Source: Octopus sinensis
Lineage: Eukaryota
Assembly: GCF_006345805.1 (NCBI RefSeq)
Contig: NC_043017.1
Span: 20,212,001-20,276,000, forward strand
Direction of reading: 5' to 3'
Length of the DNA: 64,000 nucleotides
Part shown: one piece after another, positions 13,507 through 26,212 of the stretch
How positions within the stretch are numbered: the first letter of the stretch is position 1
How the letters are laid out: each line of letters begins with the position of its first letter
The notes under the pieces: model-generated
What the model was told of the DNA's origin: nothing
Databases searched by the model: none
Seen by the model: only the letters and a program-made list of their open reading frames with translations
Position numbers and translations under genes: made by a program

Positions 13507-14887
13507 TTGTGAGTACACGAGTAAAGTTACTGAGTAAACAGCAGTGTTTTTGCTAAGAGCTGTTGAGTCTATGTTGAGAGAACAACACTAATTAATGATA
13601 CGAAGAGAATATACAAAATCCAATTAAAAAGAAAACAGTGAAAATGAATTCATCGAAATTATAAGCTACAATATAAATAATTATAGGGTTAATATTAACG
13701 AAGATTAAAATGAGTGAGATATGTAAAAATGTTAGAAATCTTTGGATAAGATGTACAAAACGCCTTAAACTTGTTAAGGTGTACAAACAAAGGAATATAA
13801 AACATGCGAGCATCTTAAAATATCCTGAAAATACAAAGTTGGTTTGTGTCGTTAATAATAGTTTGTGTTAATTATATATTGATTGGCTGTGTGATTTGTG
13901 AAGTGTTTGTTGCTACTTGGAGCAATTTGTTACTTGTTGTGAGATAACCATGTTATCAAGTTAAATAACACGGGGAAAACATGTCGTCATCGTCGTCATC
14001 ATCTTCTTCTTCTTCACTGTTACTGCCACTATTACCACCATTATTATCATCATTATCATCATCATTTCCATCATCATCATCATCATCATATTGTTATTGT
14101 TGCTATCATCAACACCATCCTCATCATCTTAATCACCATCATCACGTCCATCACCATCATTTTAGCATCCACTTTCTCATGCTTCCCGGGGGTCAGATGT
14201 TCTACAACCAGATGCCCTTCCTGCTGCCGACCCTCAGCTGCTTTCCAGCAATATTTCTGGGCGGTCACATAAGTAAGCCCAGTAAAACTGGAAACAAAGG
14301 ACACAACTTGTATGAGGGGGACACTCTCTTAGAATTATCACACAATGACAAAAAAAGGGATCACACACACACACACACAATGTGATTGCTACAGTTTCCG
14401 TTTACCCAAACCAGTCACAAGACTTTGGCCAAAATACCAAGCAGTGAGATTGAAACCCAAACAACGTGGTTTGCAAGCAAACTTCTTAACCACACAGCCA
14501 CGCCTGTGACTATTAAACCAAAAAGATCTGTGAGCAGGAATGAATATATTAGATTATAATCTAAAACAATAATTATTATAGACCAACATTAAAATAAATT
14601 GAAACAGGATTTGAGGAAATAAAAGAGGTTATAGCGATTGAAAAGGGGTTGTTTGCAAGTAAGGATAATAAGGTGAACCAGATTGTGTAATCTGAGATAA
14701 TTATTCGTTTTGTAATCAGGTAATTAGTTTAATTAAAAACTGTTAAAATTAACCATTGCAAAAAGACATGTAATAATGTTTGACTACACTTGTTTAAATT
14801 TAGTGAAGCTTAATAAATTGATGGTTTTTATGGGAGGAATTAGTGGGTTTTGAATTTAATGGTTAAAAGAATATCAAAGAACATCGT

Positions 14888-15300
14888 AGAGTGACCCGCT
14901 GTTCTTGAGGAGACCTGTTGAGTCAAGTTCGTCAACATCAAAAAATTCAAATGGAAATTGTAGTTAAGACACCCGTGCCGGTAACACGTAAAAAGCACCA
15001 TTCGAGCGTGGCAGTTACTAGCGTCACCTGACTGGCATCCTTGTCGGTGACACGTAAAAGCACCAACCGATCATGGCCGTTTGCCAGCCCGTTCTGGCTC
15101 CTGTGCCGGTGGCACGTAAAAAACACCCACTACACTCACGGAGTGGTTGGCGTTAGGGAGGGCATCCAGCTGTAGAAACACTGCCAAATCAGACTGGAGC
15201 CTGGTGCAGCATCCATGGCTTTCCAGACCCCGGTTGAACCGTCCAACCCATGCTAGCATGGAAAACGGACGTTAAATGATGATGAGGATGATGATGATGA
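14888..15300 (+). mobile_element. D-module retroposon with its own upstream segment
   Basis: AATGGAAATTGTAGTT upstream segment shared with 33135-33514, tandem units, conserved tail. Confidence 0.8.
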
Positions 15301-15304
15301 TATA

Positions 15305-15698
15305 GCTGGTACCATGCAAAAAACACCTGTACTAGTGCCACGTTAGAGGCAACCATGGTGGTTCGACTTAAGGACCACCTATGTTGGTGCCATGTCAAAA
15401 TTACCTATACTGGTACCTTGTAAAAATGTAAACGTACCTGTGCTGGTGCCATGTAAGAAGCATCGTTATTGGTGTCATGTAAAAAGCACCCAGGCTGGTA
15501 GCATGCAAGAAGAATCTGTACAGGTGCCATGTAAACGGCATGCAGTACAATCGGTAAAGTGGTTGGCATTAGAAAGGGCATCCAGCCATAGAAACCTTGC
15601 TGAAATAGACAATTGAGCTTAGTGCAGCCCTCTGGCTGGCCAGCTCCTGTCAAGCCTTCCAACCCATGCCAGCATGGAAAAAATGGATGATGATGATA
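15305..15698 (+). mobile_element. Older degenerate D-module copy in tandem with the previous one
   Basis: Repeated GGTGCCATGTAAAAAG units and GGGCATCCAGCCATAGAAAC tail ending in GAT repeats. Confidence 0.7.
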
Positions 15699-15712
15699 TA
15701 TATGTGTGTGGA

Positions 15713-15928
15713 AGGCAGCGAGGTGGCAGAAACGTTAGCATGCCAGGTGAAACGCTTAGTGGTACTTCGTCTGTCTTTACGTTCTGAGTTCAAATTCTGC
15801 CGATGTTGACTTTGCCTTTAATCCTTTCGGGTTTGAAAAATTAAGTAACAGTCATGCACTGAGGTCGATCTAATCGATTAGCCCTCTCCCCCAAAATTTT
15901 GGGCTTTGTGCCTAGAGTAGAAAAGGAT
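15713..15928 (+). mobile_element. tRNA-headed SINE C with C2 tail
   Basis: TGGCAGAAACGTTAGC A-box region, GAGTTCAAATTC B box, TTTGCCTTT body, CCCCAAAATTTTGGGCTTTGTGCC tail. Confidence 0.8.
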
Positions 15929-15965
15929 ATATATGTCTGTGTATGTAAATTATATACACACAGGT

Positions 15966-16373
15966 GCAGGAGTGGCTGTGTGGTAAGTAGCTTGCTAACC
16001 AACCACATGGTTCCGAGTTCAGTTCCACAGCGTGGCATCTTGGGCAAGTGTCTTCTACTATAGCCCCGGGCCGACCAATGCCTTGTGAGTGGATTTGGTA
16101 GATGGAAACTGAAAGACGCCTATCGTATATATGTATGTATATATATATATGTGTGTGTATGTGTTTGTGTGTCTGTGTTTGTCCCCCTAGCATTGCTTGA
16201 CAACCGATGCTGGTGTGTTTATGTCCCTGTCACTTAGCGGTTTGGCAAAAGAGACCGATAGAATAAGTACTGGGCTTACAAAGAATAAGTCCCGGGGTCG
16301 ATTTGCTCGACTAAAGGCGGTGCTCCAGCATGGCCGCAGTCAAATGACTGAAACAAGTATAAGAGTAAAAGAG
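15966..16373 (+). mobile_element. A-B SINE, full length
   Basis: Head GGAGTGGCTGTGTGGTAAG, core GGGCAAGTGTCTTCTACTATAGC, TA/TG spacer, tail ending GACTGAAACAAGTATAAGAGTAAAAGAG. Confidence 0.9.
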
Positions 16374-17478
16374 TACACATTTAATCAAAGCTATGAAGAC
16401 TACATTCAAGCAGTGTATGTATATTTAAAAAATTATGAATAACTTCAATTTGAACTTGTTATTGAGAGAAATATGTTTCTAAATCATAACGACGGATATA
16501 ACAAACGTTACATAACATAACAACAACAACAATAATATCCATATCATCATTATTATCATTATTATTAATAACAATAATAATGAAAATAATTTCTGTACAG
16601 CTTTTATTTCTATTTTTCCTTTTTCGCCTTTCAAAATACCCCCCCCCCCCCGGCCACCTCCACCCGAATCCATCCACATAAAATACAAAAACAATGAAAA
16701 CATCTTGATTGCAAGATTTATTCTTAATAACAAATGCAGAAATAAAATTAAAAAAATAACCCCGAAAAAACCAAAAAACAAAACACAGAAACAATATGAA
16801 AAAAGAAAGCAAGAAAAAAAAAAAAGGCTTTGCTTCTGGGTTTGGTTTTTTTTTTGGAATATGAACATAAAATGGCAACCATTTCTTCTGATGTGAGTAT
16901 TTCACACCTAATTAAATAGCTAGATCCAGCTCATTAGCTTCTCTAATGAGCACTATTAAGTAAACAGGGATTGATTTTCCTTGTTGTTGTTTTGTTGTTG
17001 TTGTTGTGGGTGTTTTTAACTTTGTCGTTGTTGTTGTTGTTTTAATAATCCTTTCTTCCGAGAAGGCAAAAAAACAAATGCCTCCCTTTTGGCCATTTCA
17101 TAAAACAGTTACTCTATGAAGTTAAAGATAATTCACAATTGGTTTTGGTTGTGTTTTAGTGCTGCTGCTGCCGCTGCTGGTGGTGCTGTTGGTGGTGGTG
17201 GTGGTGGTGGGACTTATTAGTTTGGTTTTTCTTTTCCTTTTTGTTTGTATCTTTTTTTCCTACTTCCACCCCCACCCCCACCCCGTCACCATCGCCACCC
17301 TTGATCAAAGAAATTGTATCGTTTGATGCTTTATTGATTGATTAGCATCCATAGCACATGATAGGGTATATGATATACTGGGGAGGATAAAATCATAAAC
17401 AACAATTGTATAATATTATCAAAGAGAAATCCACCGAGTGTACATGTATAAATATGTGTGCATGTATGTATGTGTAGG

Positions 17479-17520
<42 letters not shown>

Positions 17521-17610
17521 TACATATATACACATATACACACGGACAGACACACACACATATATATATACTATATATACATATATATATCTACAAATGT
17601 ATATATGTAT

Positions 17611-17950
17611 AGGCGGAGTGGCTGTGTGGTAAGTAGCTTGCTAACTAACAACATGGTTCTGGGTTCAGTCCCACTGTGTGGCACCTTTGGGCAAGTGTCT
17701 TCAACTATAGCCTCAGGCCAACCAGAGCCTTGTGAGTAGATTTGTAGATGGAAACTGAAAGAAGCCCGTCGTATATATATATATATATATATATACATGC
17801 ATATATGTATGTATGTATTTGTCTGTCTGTGTTTGTCCCTCAACCATTGCTTGACAACCGATGTTGGTGTGTTCATGTCCCCCATAACTAAGTGCTTCGG
17901 CAAAAGAGTCCGATAGAATAAGTACCAGGATTACAATAAATAAGCCCTGG
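17611..17950 (+). mobile_element. A-B SINE, 3' part interrupted
   Basis: A box TGGCTGTGTGG, B box GGTTCAGTCCC, then B module to about 17950. Confidence 0.85.
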
Positions 17951-17954
17951 GGTT

Positions 17955-18112
17955 ACAATTTTTTCTCTGTCCCTTTTTTGTGTCCCTTTTTTGTAGAAGA
18001 GCGTAGGCTCGAAACGTAAAAGACTTTTTCTATTCCTGAGCGTTATACTAATACATCTGTTTGTTTTGTACACCACCTGTCTTCGTCTTTTGTTGTTTTT
18101 TTCATAAACTCT

Positions 18113-18115
<3 letters not shown>
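17955..18115 (+). mobile_element. Short element with degenerate hammerhead-like motif (family H2)
   Basis: TTGTAGA-A-GAGC-GTAG-GCTC-GAAAC-GTA-AAAGA at about 17991-18023. Highly similar to 28220-28410. Ends in (TA)n. Confidence 0.6.
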
Positions 18116-18154
<39 letters not shown>

Positions 18155-18489
18155 GGTTGGCCATAAGTCACTGGACAGTAAATAAAAATTCCATAAATAC
18201 TTAATATTCAATTTCATTTATTCATTCCAATTATGAATGTTTAATAATTGAATGCTGTGAGTTAAAATCACCATTTTTTTTCAACCATTTTCTATTTATT
18301 AGCGAAGTCTCATGTAAAATAATTTTTTGTTTTAATCTTGGAATTAAATGGGGTTTTGATTTACTGTCAGGTGACTATTGGCCAAAAATCTTTATATATA
18401 CATATGTACATTGAATTCATTCTTCTGACAGACAGCACCGAAAGAATATGCATGTGTGCGTGTCTGTGTATGCATGCAATGCAAAAAAT

Positions 18490-18745
18490 ACTCATGCTGG
18501 TGTCACATAAAAAGGCTCCCTGTTGGTGCCACATAAATAGTGCCCAGTACACTCTGTAAAGTGGTTGGTGTTAGGAAGGGCATCAAGCTATCGGAAGGAC
18601 ATCCAGCCGTAGAAACAAGCCTAAACGCACGACTGCAACCTGGTGCAGGTCCCCAGCTTTCCATCTCTAACCGAACTGCCCAACCCACCCATGCCAGCAT
18701 GGAAAACAGATGCTGGATGAGGACGGCAACTACATTGAAGATGAT
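18490..18745 (+). mobile_element. Degenerate D-module copy
   Basis: GTGGTTGGTGTTAGGAAGGGCATC ... CCCATGCCAGCATGGAAAAC ... GATGA tail. Confidence 0.75.
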
Positions 18746-19150
18746 GATGACGATATATTCAATTCTGAAATCTGATTCTGTTATTTGTTTTTCCCCCGCC
18801 CTCTAAACACAGAGTATTTTTAGCATGGCATGAAAACGGATAGCATGGCAACATTTGCTTATGGAAACTACAGATGGATGTATTGTTCCAAGAATTTTAC
18901 AACAGCTTAAGTAGATTTTCATTGAGGAAAGGTAAAAACGGTCTGAGGAAGGGGAAATAATCTTTCTGAGCCAGCTTCTTTTGTTTAAAGAAATTTTTCT
19001 TGCTTCCATATACAAATGTTATAAACACAAGGAAGGTTAATGATGACTCTGAACTTCTGGTATTTAGAAGAAAATCTCTAAGTTGCTATTATTTCATTTA
19101 CTGCATCAAGGACAGAACCGAAACTTACCTGAAACTAAAAGGAGTGTTTT

Positions 19151-19182
<32 letters not shown>

Positions 19183-19257
19183 ACATATATGTACATGCAA
19201 ACATTATATATATCTACGTATATACATGATTGTGTGTATGTACATATACATACATAT

Positions 19258-19384
<127 letters not shown>

Positions 19385-20120
19385 TATTATCATATACCTA
19401 TATATTTGTACACACACATGTATACGTGTGTATATGTATGTATATGTGTATGTGTGTGAATACTTACATGTATACATAAATATAGACACGTACATACAAG
19501 CATATACATACACATAAACATATACATACATATATATATATATACATATATATATTTATACATATATATACATATATACATTTATACATATGTACTTACA
19601 TACATACATACATAGATACACACACACATGCATGCATCAAATATATATATTGTAAGCAATAAAGCAAACACGAAGCTGTATGTATACATCTACAAGAAAA
19701 AGTGGTGGTGGTGTTGTTGTTGTTGGTGGTGGGCGGTGGTGGTGATGAAACATTATAAAGAAACAGGGATAAAAATGAAAAGTCATGCGATTGTTTATCT
19801 CGAATCAGTTGTTTGGTAACCTTTCGGATGAGGGAAATTAAAGGCAAAAGGGTGTTTTCTATTACGCAACCCTAATCTTTTGTGGCAAGGGCAGCAGGTA
19901 GAGTAAAGAAAAGAGGAACTTTTCCTCCTCCATAACCGCCCCGAATCAAAAAACCCTTTCCCTCCCCTCACAAAAAATGGTCTTGTCTTTATTTACTTTT
20001 ACTGTGTTTAAGTCATGGACTAAGTTGTGTAGAAGCATTGCTCTCAAAGGTGTGGTCATAGGTGGAGAGGAGGAAATTGGTAGCTTTTTAGGTTGTCAAC
20101 CCTTTTTGTTATCATAGGCG

Positions 20121-20465
20121 TAGGTGTGGGTGTGGGCATGTGGTTAAGAAGCTTGGTTCCTAACCAGGTGGATTTTGGAATCAATCCCGCTGTGTGGCAG
20201 CTCAAGGAAGTGTCTTTTACTACAACCCTGGGCCAGCGAAAGCCTTGCGAATGAATTTGACAGATGGAAACTGTGTTGAATCCAGTTGTAGGTATATGCT
20301 TTTATATGTGTGTTAGGAAGGGCATTGGTGTTAGGAAGGGCATCCAGCTGTAGAAACACTGCCAGATCTGACTGGCCTGATGCAGCCTTTGGGCTTCCCA
20401 GACCCCAGTTGAACCGTCCAATCCATGCTAGCATGGAAAGCGGACGTTAAACGATGATGATGATG
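20121..20465 (+). mobile_element. A head followed by a D tail
   Basis: A-like head and core 20121-20290, then D tail 20310-20465 ending in GAT repeats. Confidence 0.7.
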
Positions 20466-20639
20466 TGTGTGTGAATGTATGAATATGTGTGTGTGTTTTT
20501 GTGTGTGTGTGTGTGTGTACCCTTATCTGGATGACTGGATGATGATGACGATGATGATGATGATGTCAATGATGATGATGATGATGATGATGACAATGAT
20601 GATGATGCTGATTTCTGTTAAAGTACACTGGCCTCCATT

Positions 20640-20850
20640 TCAATTAATTTTGTAAATAACGAAGAATTTACAAAAATTACTTTGTTATTATTCAAGATGA
20701 TGTTTGGAATATAAATCAAAAATGAAATTCTTAGAGGAGGTTTTCATTTAGATCACTTTAACCCTTTTGTTATCATATCTCTGTTGAAATACATTACCCT
20801 TTGCTACAAATTCTTTTGAAACATAATGAAGAATATTGCAAAATAAGTGT
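20640..20850. mobile_element. Remnants of the piggyBac MITE family
   Basis: TTAA (20758-20761) + CCCTTTTGTTATC terminus, and AATGAAGAAT...AAAATAA internal motif shared with 2952-3172 and 26213-26690. Confidence 0.55.
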
Positions 20851-22673
20851 ATCGTCATCATCATCATCATCATTGACATCATCATCATCATCATAATCAT
20901 TGTCATCATCATCATGTCATCATCATCATTGATGTCGTTGTCATCATCATCATGTCATCATCATCATTGATGTCGTTGTCATCATCATCATTGACATCGT
21001 CGTCGTCATCATCATCATCATCATCATTGTCATCGTCATCATCATTGTCGTCATCATCATCATCATTGTCATCATCATTGACATCGGCGTCATCATCATC
21101 ATCATCATCATCATTGTCATCATCATCATCATCATCATCCAGTCATCCAGATAAGGGTACACATACATACACACATTCACACACACATAGAAAAGCATAT
21201 ACCTACAACTGGCTTCAACACAGTTTCCATCCGTCATTAAGACAGGATTTAGAATATGAATTGAAGTGGTGAAAGTTTAGACGGAAGATTTTAATTTAGA
21301 TCACTCGAAAACCAGAAATTTGAATTACCAAACCGGAGGTGGACGGCTTTTTGTGTGGATTTCGATTAAAAAAGTATCTTCACTTTTGCTTATTTTTATT
21401 GCATTTATTCATTAAACAGACACTATCATCAAAAGACCATTAAAATACTATTTATGTGTGTGTGAGTGTGTGTAGAATATTTATATACAGGCACACATGT
21501 GTGTGTGTGTTTGTATGTGTAACATTACGATGTCATTATATGTTGTCATTTGCTGGTCTTTAAAATACCATAAAATTTACATCTACACATCTTTTAGTGT
21601 TTCTGTTACAGTCTTTCACTTATTGCAGTCAGTTGATGGTGGCCATGCTGGAGCACCACCTTAAACGGTTTTGATCAAACAAGTCATCCCTAATCCTTGT
21701 TTATTGTTATTTTGGAAGAGGTCAGCTTTGCCTTTCATCCTTTCAGGGTCAATGAAATAAGTATTAGTTGAGTGCTGGGGTGGATTGAACCGACGATCCC
21801 CTGCTCCAAATTTCAGGCCTTGTGCCTATAACAGAAAGGGTTATTATCATTATTAAGGCAGTGAGCTGGCAGAATCTCTGCCTATTTGCCTGGCCATGTT
21901 TCTGTCTGTCTATCTGTCTATCTATCTACATGTGCACACATGTATGAGTATGTATGTATGTATGCCTGTATGCCTGTATGTATGTATGTATGTATGTATG
22001 TATGCATGTATGTATGTATACACACACAGACATACATATGCATACACACATGCATATATGTATGTAGACAAGATAACATCCCCAAGTGGATGACTTTCAA
22101 TCTGTGACACATTCACAGAATCTGAAGCTACTCAGGAATATCTATCGACTTAATGAAGTTTTATCTACAATGATCTTCTCACGTATGCTTGCTTATATAT
22201 CATCATCAACATCATCACCATCATCATCAGCAATGACTGCAACAGTAGCAGCAACAACAACAACAACATAATCTACAAAATACAAACAACAATGAACTAC
22301 AAAAATGTACAAGCATTCCAGAATCTCTCATATATATATATATATGTGTATATATATATATATACATACACACATACATAGATGTCTGTATGTATGTATT
22401 AATAAACATACATATATATGCACCAAATGGCAATTGCTAAAAAGCTAAAAAGCATTTTGTGAAGTAAAATCATGTAGCAACACCAAATGGCGGTGCCCCA
22501 GCATGGCCATAGCTCGTGAGCTAAAACTAGATAAAATAAAATAAAAAATAAATAAATAAAAATATATGTGCATGTGTCAGTGACTCTGTGTGTGTGTGTA
22601 CATGTGAGTGTGTGTATGTATAAATATATACATTATATGTTTACACACATACATACATACATTTATATACAGA

Positions 22674-22704
<31 letters not shown>

Positions 22705-23094
22705 GTGTGTGTGTGTGGTGTGTGTGTGTATGTGTGTGTATATATGTTTATATATATATATGTATATATATATTCAAATAGCTGATGTTTATTTTGTTTT
22801 GCTTGTCCATCGTTCAATTCTGCCACTAACGAGTTCCATTTCAAAATCTTTCCAAAATTTAATCAAAAACTTATTCATTTAGCTATTATTCCACAAAAAT
22901 GGTTCTTAAGAAAACAAATAAAAAAAACGAAACAAAGCAAAGCAAAAACAGAATAAAAAAATTATGCAGAATATTCTGGAACAAAGTCAATACAGTTTCG
23001 AAATTCTGTTAAAAGAGATGATATTTCTGGAAACTATGGAGGAAGGGTGTATTTAACAAACCATTCCATATGAAACTAATGAGGGAGATTACAG

Positions 23095-24160
23095 GTGAGT
23101 CAACAGATCACTGCAATGTGCAGTGACATCTGCCCAGTGTTCAAAGTAAATGGCCACCTCTCACAATTGTTTAGCATCTCATGTTTAGTCTATCAAGGAT
23201 GCCTGCTGTCACCCTTTCTCTATGTACTGGCACTCAAGCCATTACTGCAGAAGCTGGATATTTCAAGGGGCATCCCGCATGAACTAGAATGCGAAAGGTT
23301 TGTGTCAGCATATGCGAATGATGTCCCTGCAATAGTGTCAGACAGCTCGGAAATCGAGATGGTCAGCTTTGCCCTAAGGGAATATGAAGCGGTGACAGGA
23401 GCAATGATTAACCAGGAGAAGTCAGTGGGCCTGCAACTTGGCACCTGAAGAGGCAGATCCATGCCAACCAACAGTGTTGTGGGGCACTGGTCAGAAGGAC
23501 TGGTTAAGTTGCTCAAGGTCTGATTCGGTCCGGACCTCCAAGTGAACATGAACTGAGGTGAAGTAACAGACAAGGTGGCCAGTCTCACCCAGAAATGGGC
23601 CAAAAGGAAGCTGTCCCTGAAAGGTCAGGTGGAGGTGGTGAATATGAAGCGGTGACAGGAACAATGATTAACCAGGAGAAGTCAGTGGGCCTGCAGCTTG
23701 GAACCTGAAGAGGCAGATCCATGCCAACCAACAGTGTTGTGGGGCACTGGTCAGAAGGACTGGTTAAGTTGCTCAAGGTCTGATTCGGTCTGGACCTCCA
23801 AGTGAACATGAACTGGGGTGAGGTAACAGACAGGGTGGCCAGTCTCACCCAGAAATGGGTCAAAAGGAAGCTGTCCCTGAAAAGTCAGGTGGAGGTGGTG
23901 AATATGAAGCGGTGACAGGAACAATGATTAACCAGGAGAAGTCAGTGGGCCTGCAGCTTGGCACCTGAAGAGGCAGATCCATGCCAACCAACAGTGTTGT
24001 GGGGCACTAGTCAGAAGGACTGGTTAAGTTGCTCAAGGTCTGATTCAGTCCGGACCTCCAAGTGAACAAGAACTGGGTTGAGGTAACAGACAAGGTGGCC
24101 AGTCTCACCCAGAAATGGGCCAAAAGGAAGCTGTCCCTGAAAGGTCAGGTGGAGGTGGTA
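23095..24160 (+). pseudogene. Tx1/L1-clade LINE reverse-transcriptase fragment with an internal 260-bp triplication
   Basis: Translates to KVNGHLSQ.FSIS...QGCLLSPFLYVLALKPLL...VSAYANDV (decayed YADD)...EYEAVTGAMINQEKS...WAKRKLSLKGQVEVVN, with in-frame stops. Units start at 23381, 23641 and 23901. Confidence 0.9.
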
Positions 24161-24169
24161 TATGCTCAC

Positions 24170-24294
24170 ATCACTTTGCCTTTCATCCTTTCAGGGTCGA
24201 TGAAATAAGTACCAGTTATGCACTGGGGTCGATGAAATCGACAATCCCCCTCCCCCAAAGTTCCAGGTCTTGTGTCTATAACAGAAGGGAGGAT

Positions 24295-24300
<6 letters not shown>
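24170..24300 (+). mobile_element. SINE C body + C2 tail fragment
   Basis: CTTTGCCTTTCATCCTTTCAGGGTCGATGAAATAAGTACCAG motif, (ATT)n tail. Confidence 0.75.
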
Positions 24301-24326
<26 letters not shown>

Positions 24327-25079
24327 GTTTCATTGTTGCCATTGTCAGTGCTACGGTTCCTTTCTTCCTTCCTTCCTTCCTTTCTTTTCTCTGCTGTTTC
24401 CTCCAATCTGCAATGTTTTCCCATGAGCCTTTGCTCCAATTGCTGCATCACATCCCCTGCTTCCTTAAAAAACGGAGGGAGGGAAGGGGCAGAGCGAAAC
24501 TATGCAAGAAACATTTCACACCTGGTATTAGTTAATAGATTGCTGGACCAGGGCAGGGCGGGTGTGGAAGGGGGATGGGGGATCGGGTGGGGGGGTGGGG
24601 CCCCTTCTCTGGGCTCTGTTGCTTATTATATATGCAGAGACAGAGATATATATATACAGCAAAGTTTAACAGGGAGCCCTCAACCAATAAAGCCATTGTG
24701 CTGCCACGCATGAGGCACAAGCCACAATCCATGAACCACGCGCCGCCTACACAGCACCATCCACGACCACCCATTATAAAAAAAAAACTAAGACAAACTA
24801 AAAAAAATTTCCTCTTCCCTGTTACCCACCCCCTACCAACAGAAAATAAAAAACAAATAAAAATATAAAAATAGGGATTTTAAACCTTATAGAAAAAAAA
24901 TGAAGAGGGGGGAAAAAAAGGGACGTCTTCACAGCTGGAAGGCAATGGTTTGTGTTTGTTGCTTGTTTGTTAGTTTTATTTTGTTTTTTGTTTATTATTA
25001 ATTTTTGTTTTTGTATTGTTAGTGATGTTGATGTTGTTGGTGGTGGTGGTGGCAGTGTTGCTGCTGCTGTTTGTTGACA

Positions 25080-25093
25080 GTTACCATGGAAAC
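25080..25093. promoter_or_regulatory. RFX X-box-like motif
   Basis: GTTACCATGGAAAC matches the GTTNCCATGGNAAC consensus, in non-repeat sequence. Function untested. Confidence 0.3.
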
Positions 25094-25530
25094 GGTTGCA
25101 TCCCCCATTTGGCACTCTCAGACAGTTTTAGATAGGGATTCTTTATTTTCCACCACTACAACCTTCACCACCACCACCACCACCACCACCACCACTACCA
25201 CCAACACCATGACGATGACCACCACCAGTACCACAACCACCACATCACTATGACAACCACCACCACCGCCACCACCGCTGCCGCCGCCGCCACTACCACC
25301 ACCTCTACCACCACTGCCAGCTCTCATCAAACATATATATCAGGTTGGCATGAAAATGGTTAAATTTTGCCTGAATAAGCACTGTCAGTAAGGGGAATGG
25401 GGCAAAAAGGGGACAAGTGGAGCATAGTGAATATGTGATCGCGGTGGTGGTGGTGTTAGGGATACTGTTATATATAAGATATGATGTAATATCAACCACA
25501 ATGATGATGATGATGATGAATGTAAGATGC

Positions 25531-25721
25531 AGGTGTGGTTGTGTGGGAAGAAGCTTGCCTCCCAACCACATGGTTCCAGGTTCAGTCCCACTGTGTGGCA
25601 CCTAAGCCAAGTGTCTCCTACTATAGCCTTGGGCAGACCAAAACCTTGTGAGTGGATCTGGTAGATGGGAATTGAAAGAAGCCTCTTTATATATGTATAT
25701 ATATATGTATGTATATATATA

Positions 25722-25752
<31 letters not shown>

Positions 25753-25966
25753 TCAAAATGTGACAGCGTGTGTAATGTTGGCGATTTATTTCCCTCTGTC
25801 TTCCCTTCTCTGGATCTTTCCTTCTCCTATGTTTCCGACGAAGAGCTCCACTTGAAACGTTAAACCCTCCTTCTTTCCTTCATTCCTGAGTGTCCAATAA
25901 TACTATATTTGTTCTACGTCCTCGTGTTGTGTTTTTTTGTGCTTTCTTGCTTGGATTAACTATATA

Positions 25967-26008
<42 letters not shown>

Positions 26009-26210
26009 ATATTTGTGTGTGTGAGTGTTTCTTTGTGTTTGTTTCCCGTCACCAATTGTGAACCAGTGCTGATGTGTTTATGTCCCCCGTAACTTAGCGA
26101 TTTGGCAATAGGAGACAGATGGAATAAGTACCAGGCTGAAAACAAAAAACCCTGAAATCGAATAACTCGACCAGAAGTTCTTCAAGGTGGTACCCCAGCA
26201 TGGCCACATA
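25531..26210 (+). mobile_element. A-B SINE with an H1 element inside its (TA)n spacer
   Basis: A head 25531-25686, TA run, H1 element, TA run, B tail 26030-26210. Confidence 0.8.
25760..25960 (+). mobile_element. Short element with minimal hammerhead-like motif (family H1)
   Basis: GTTT-CCGACGA-A-GAGC-TCC-ACTT-GAAAC-GTT-AAAC at 25831-25865, flanked by (TA)n. Confidence 0.65.
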
Positions 26211-26212
26211 AT

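Noticed and set aside
17611-17680. tRNA gene from A/B boxes
   Set aside because: No convincing cloverleaf, and it continues into SINE core. The same holds for all other Pol III-box heads here.
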